Positions 63,486 through 64,000 of a stretch of 64,000 nt of DNA are shown piece by piece. The notes under the pieces were generated by a model, which searched no databases, was not told the DNA's origin, and was given only the letters and a program-made list of their open reading frames with translations. Within the stretch, counting starts at the first letter, position 1. Each line of letters opens with the position of its first letter. The position numbers and the translations under genes were made by a program. Source of the DNA: Guillardia theta CCMP2712 (taxonomy: Eukaryota; Protista; Cryptophyta); contig NW_005434650.1 in the NCBI RefSeq assembly GCF_000315625.1, forward strand, positions 745,439 through 809,438. The letters are read 5' to 3'.

Positions 63486-64000
63486 AGGCGCCGTTATTTT
63501 CGGCAGCATGGCTCCTCGTCAGGTGTAGGGGAAGCCGCCAGGGCGCCAAGGAAGCTGCAAGCAAGAGGTTTGTATACTTCAAATAGCTTTCTAAGTATGG
63601 TTCTTCAGTATGATGAAAATGTTCGCAACCTGCTGTATCGGAGATCATGCCAATACACGCAGAGCGGACTTGTGGATGCCTCTGTCCTCGAAGCTGATCT
63701 CGTCGAGAGGGTGAAGAGCTTCGCGAAGCGTTATCCGAACAGCAGGACAGCCCAGGCTTGCAAGGCTGTGGAGGGATGCACCCCCGACGCTATCGCAGAA
63801 GCCATCCGCTCGACATGTCAGCAGGCACGACGTGAGTTTCTGCAAGAAGCGATGACTGGATGGAGTGACGCATCCAGAGAATGGTTTATGCAGCAGATTG
63901 AAGAAGCCAAGAAGGAGAAGGTCGAGACATACACCGCCTCAGCAGGCAACGAGGTGACTTCCTTCATCTCCATGACTCTCCTGGGCATCTCCTCGGTGTA
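63486..64000 (+). mobile_element. Element copy 3, 5' part (runs off the window); ORF open from ATG 63597
   Basis: Near-identical to 60711 onward. The frame is continuous from MVLQYDENV through AVEGCTPDAIAEAIRSTCQQARREFLQEAMTGW. Confidence 0.88.

Noticed and set aside
63486-63560. HDV-like ribozyme at the element 5' end (GCAGC...TCCTCG...GCTGC)
   Set aside because: There is a partial P2/L3 resemblance, but no consistent P1, P3 or catalytic-C J4/2 could be assigned by eye.
58852-64000. Penelope/Athena-type or HeT-A-type terminal transposition
   Set aside because: No RT is present, and the element 3' ends face the distal side on the G-rich strand, opposite to what priming on the chromosome 3' end produces.

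Overview
This is gene-dense eukaryotic nuclear DNA with many ~45-60 bp GT/GC-AG introns and long purine/pyrimidine microsatellites. That style, plus one bipartite plastid-targeting presequence, suggests a cryptophyte alga (Guillardia/Hanusia-like; inference). Bases 1-57 kb carry about 20 genes: two type II membrane collagen-like proteins, a kelch protein, a lipin-like protein, RNase II, a LysM protein, an M13 peptidase, an ATP-grasp protein, CASP/CUX1, a GH5 endoglycoceramidase, LRRC34, a PDI, a giant PB1/EF-hand protein, CDKL5, a TraB protein, a PHD/ADD-OGT fusion, a bestrophin-like protein, a CENP-H-like protein, a PX protein and an SDR fragment. From 58.85 kb the window looks subtelomeric. 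It holds a head-to-tail array of non-LTR-like elements, each ending in AATAAA plus a (TAA)n or (CTA)n tail and separated by short (TTTAGGG)n tracts. The elements encode only one ~715-aa RRM-like (ORF1/Gag-type) protein, with no reverse transcriptase. The two best candidates for new biology are this telomere-repeat-targeted ORF1-only element family and the TPR-less O-GlcNAc-transferase-like protein fused to PHD/ADD zinc fingers. Gene boundaries were read by eye and are approximate for multi-exon genes.
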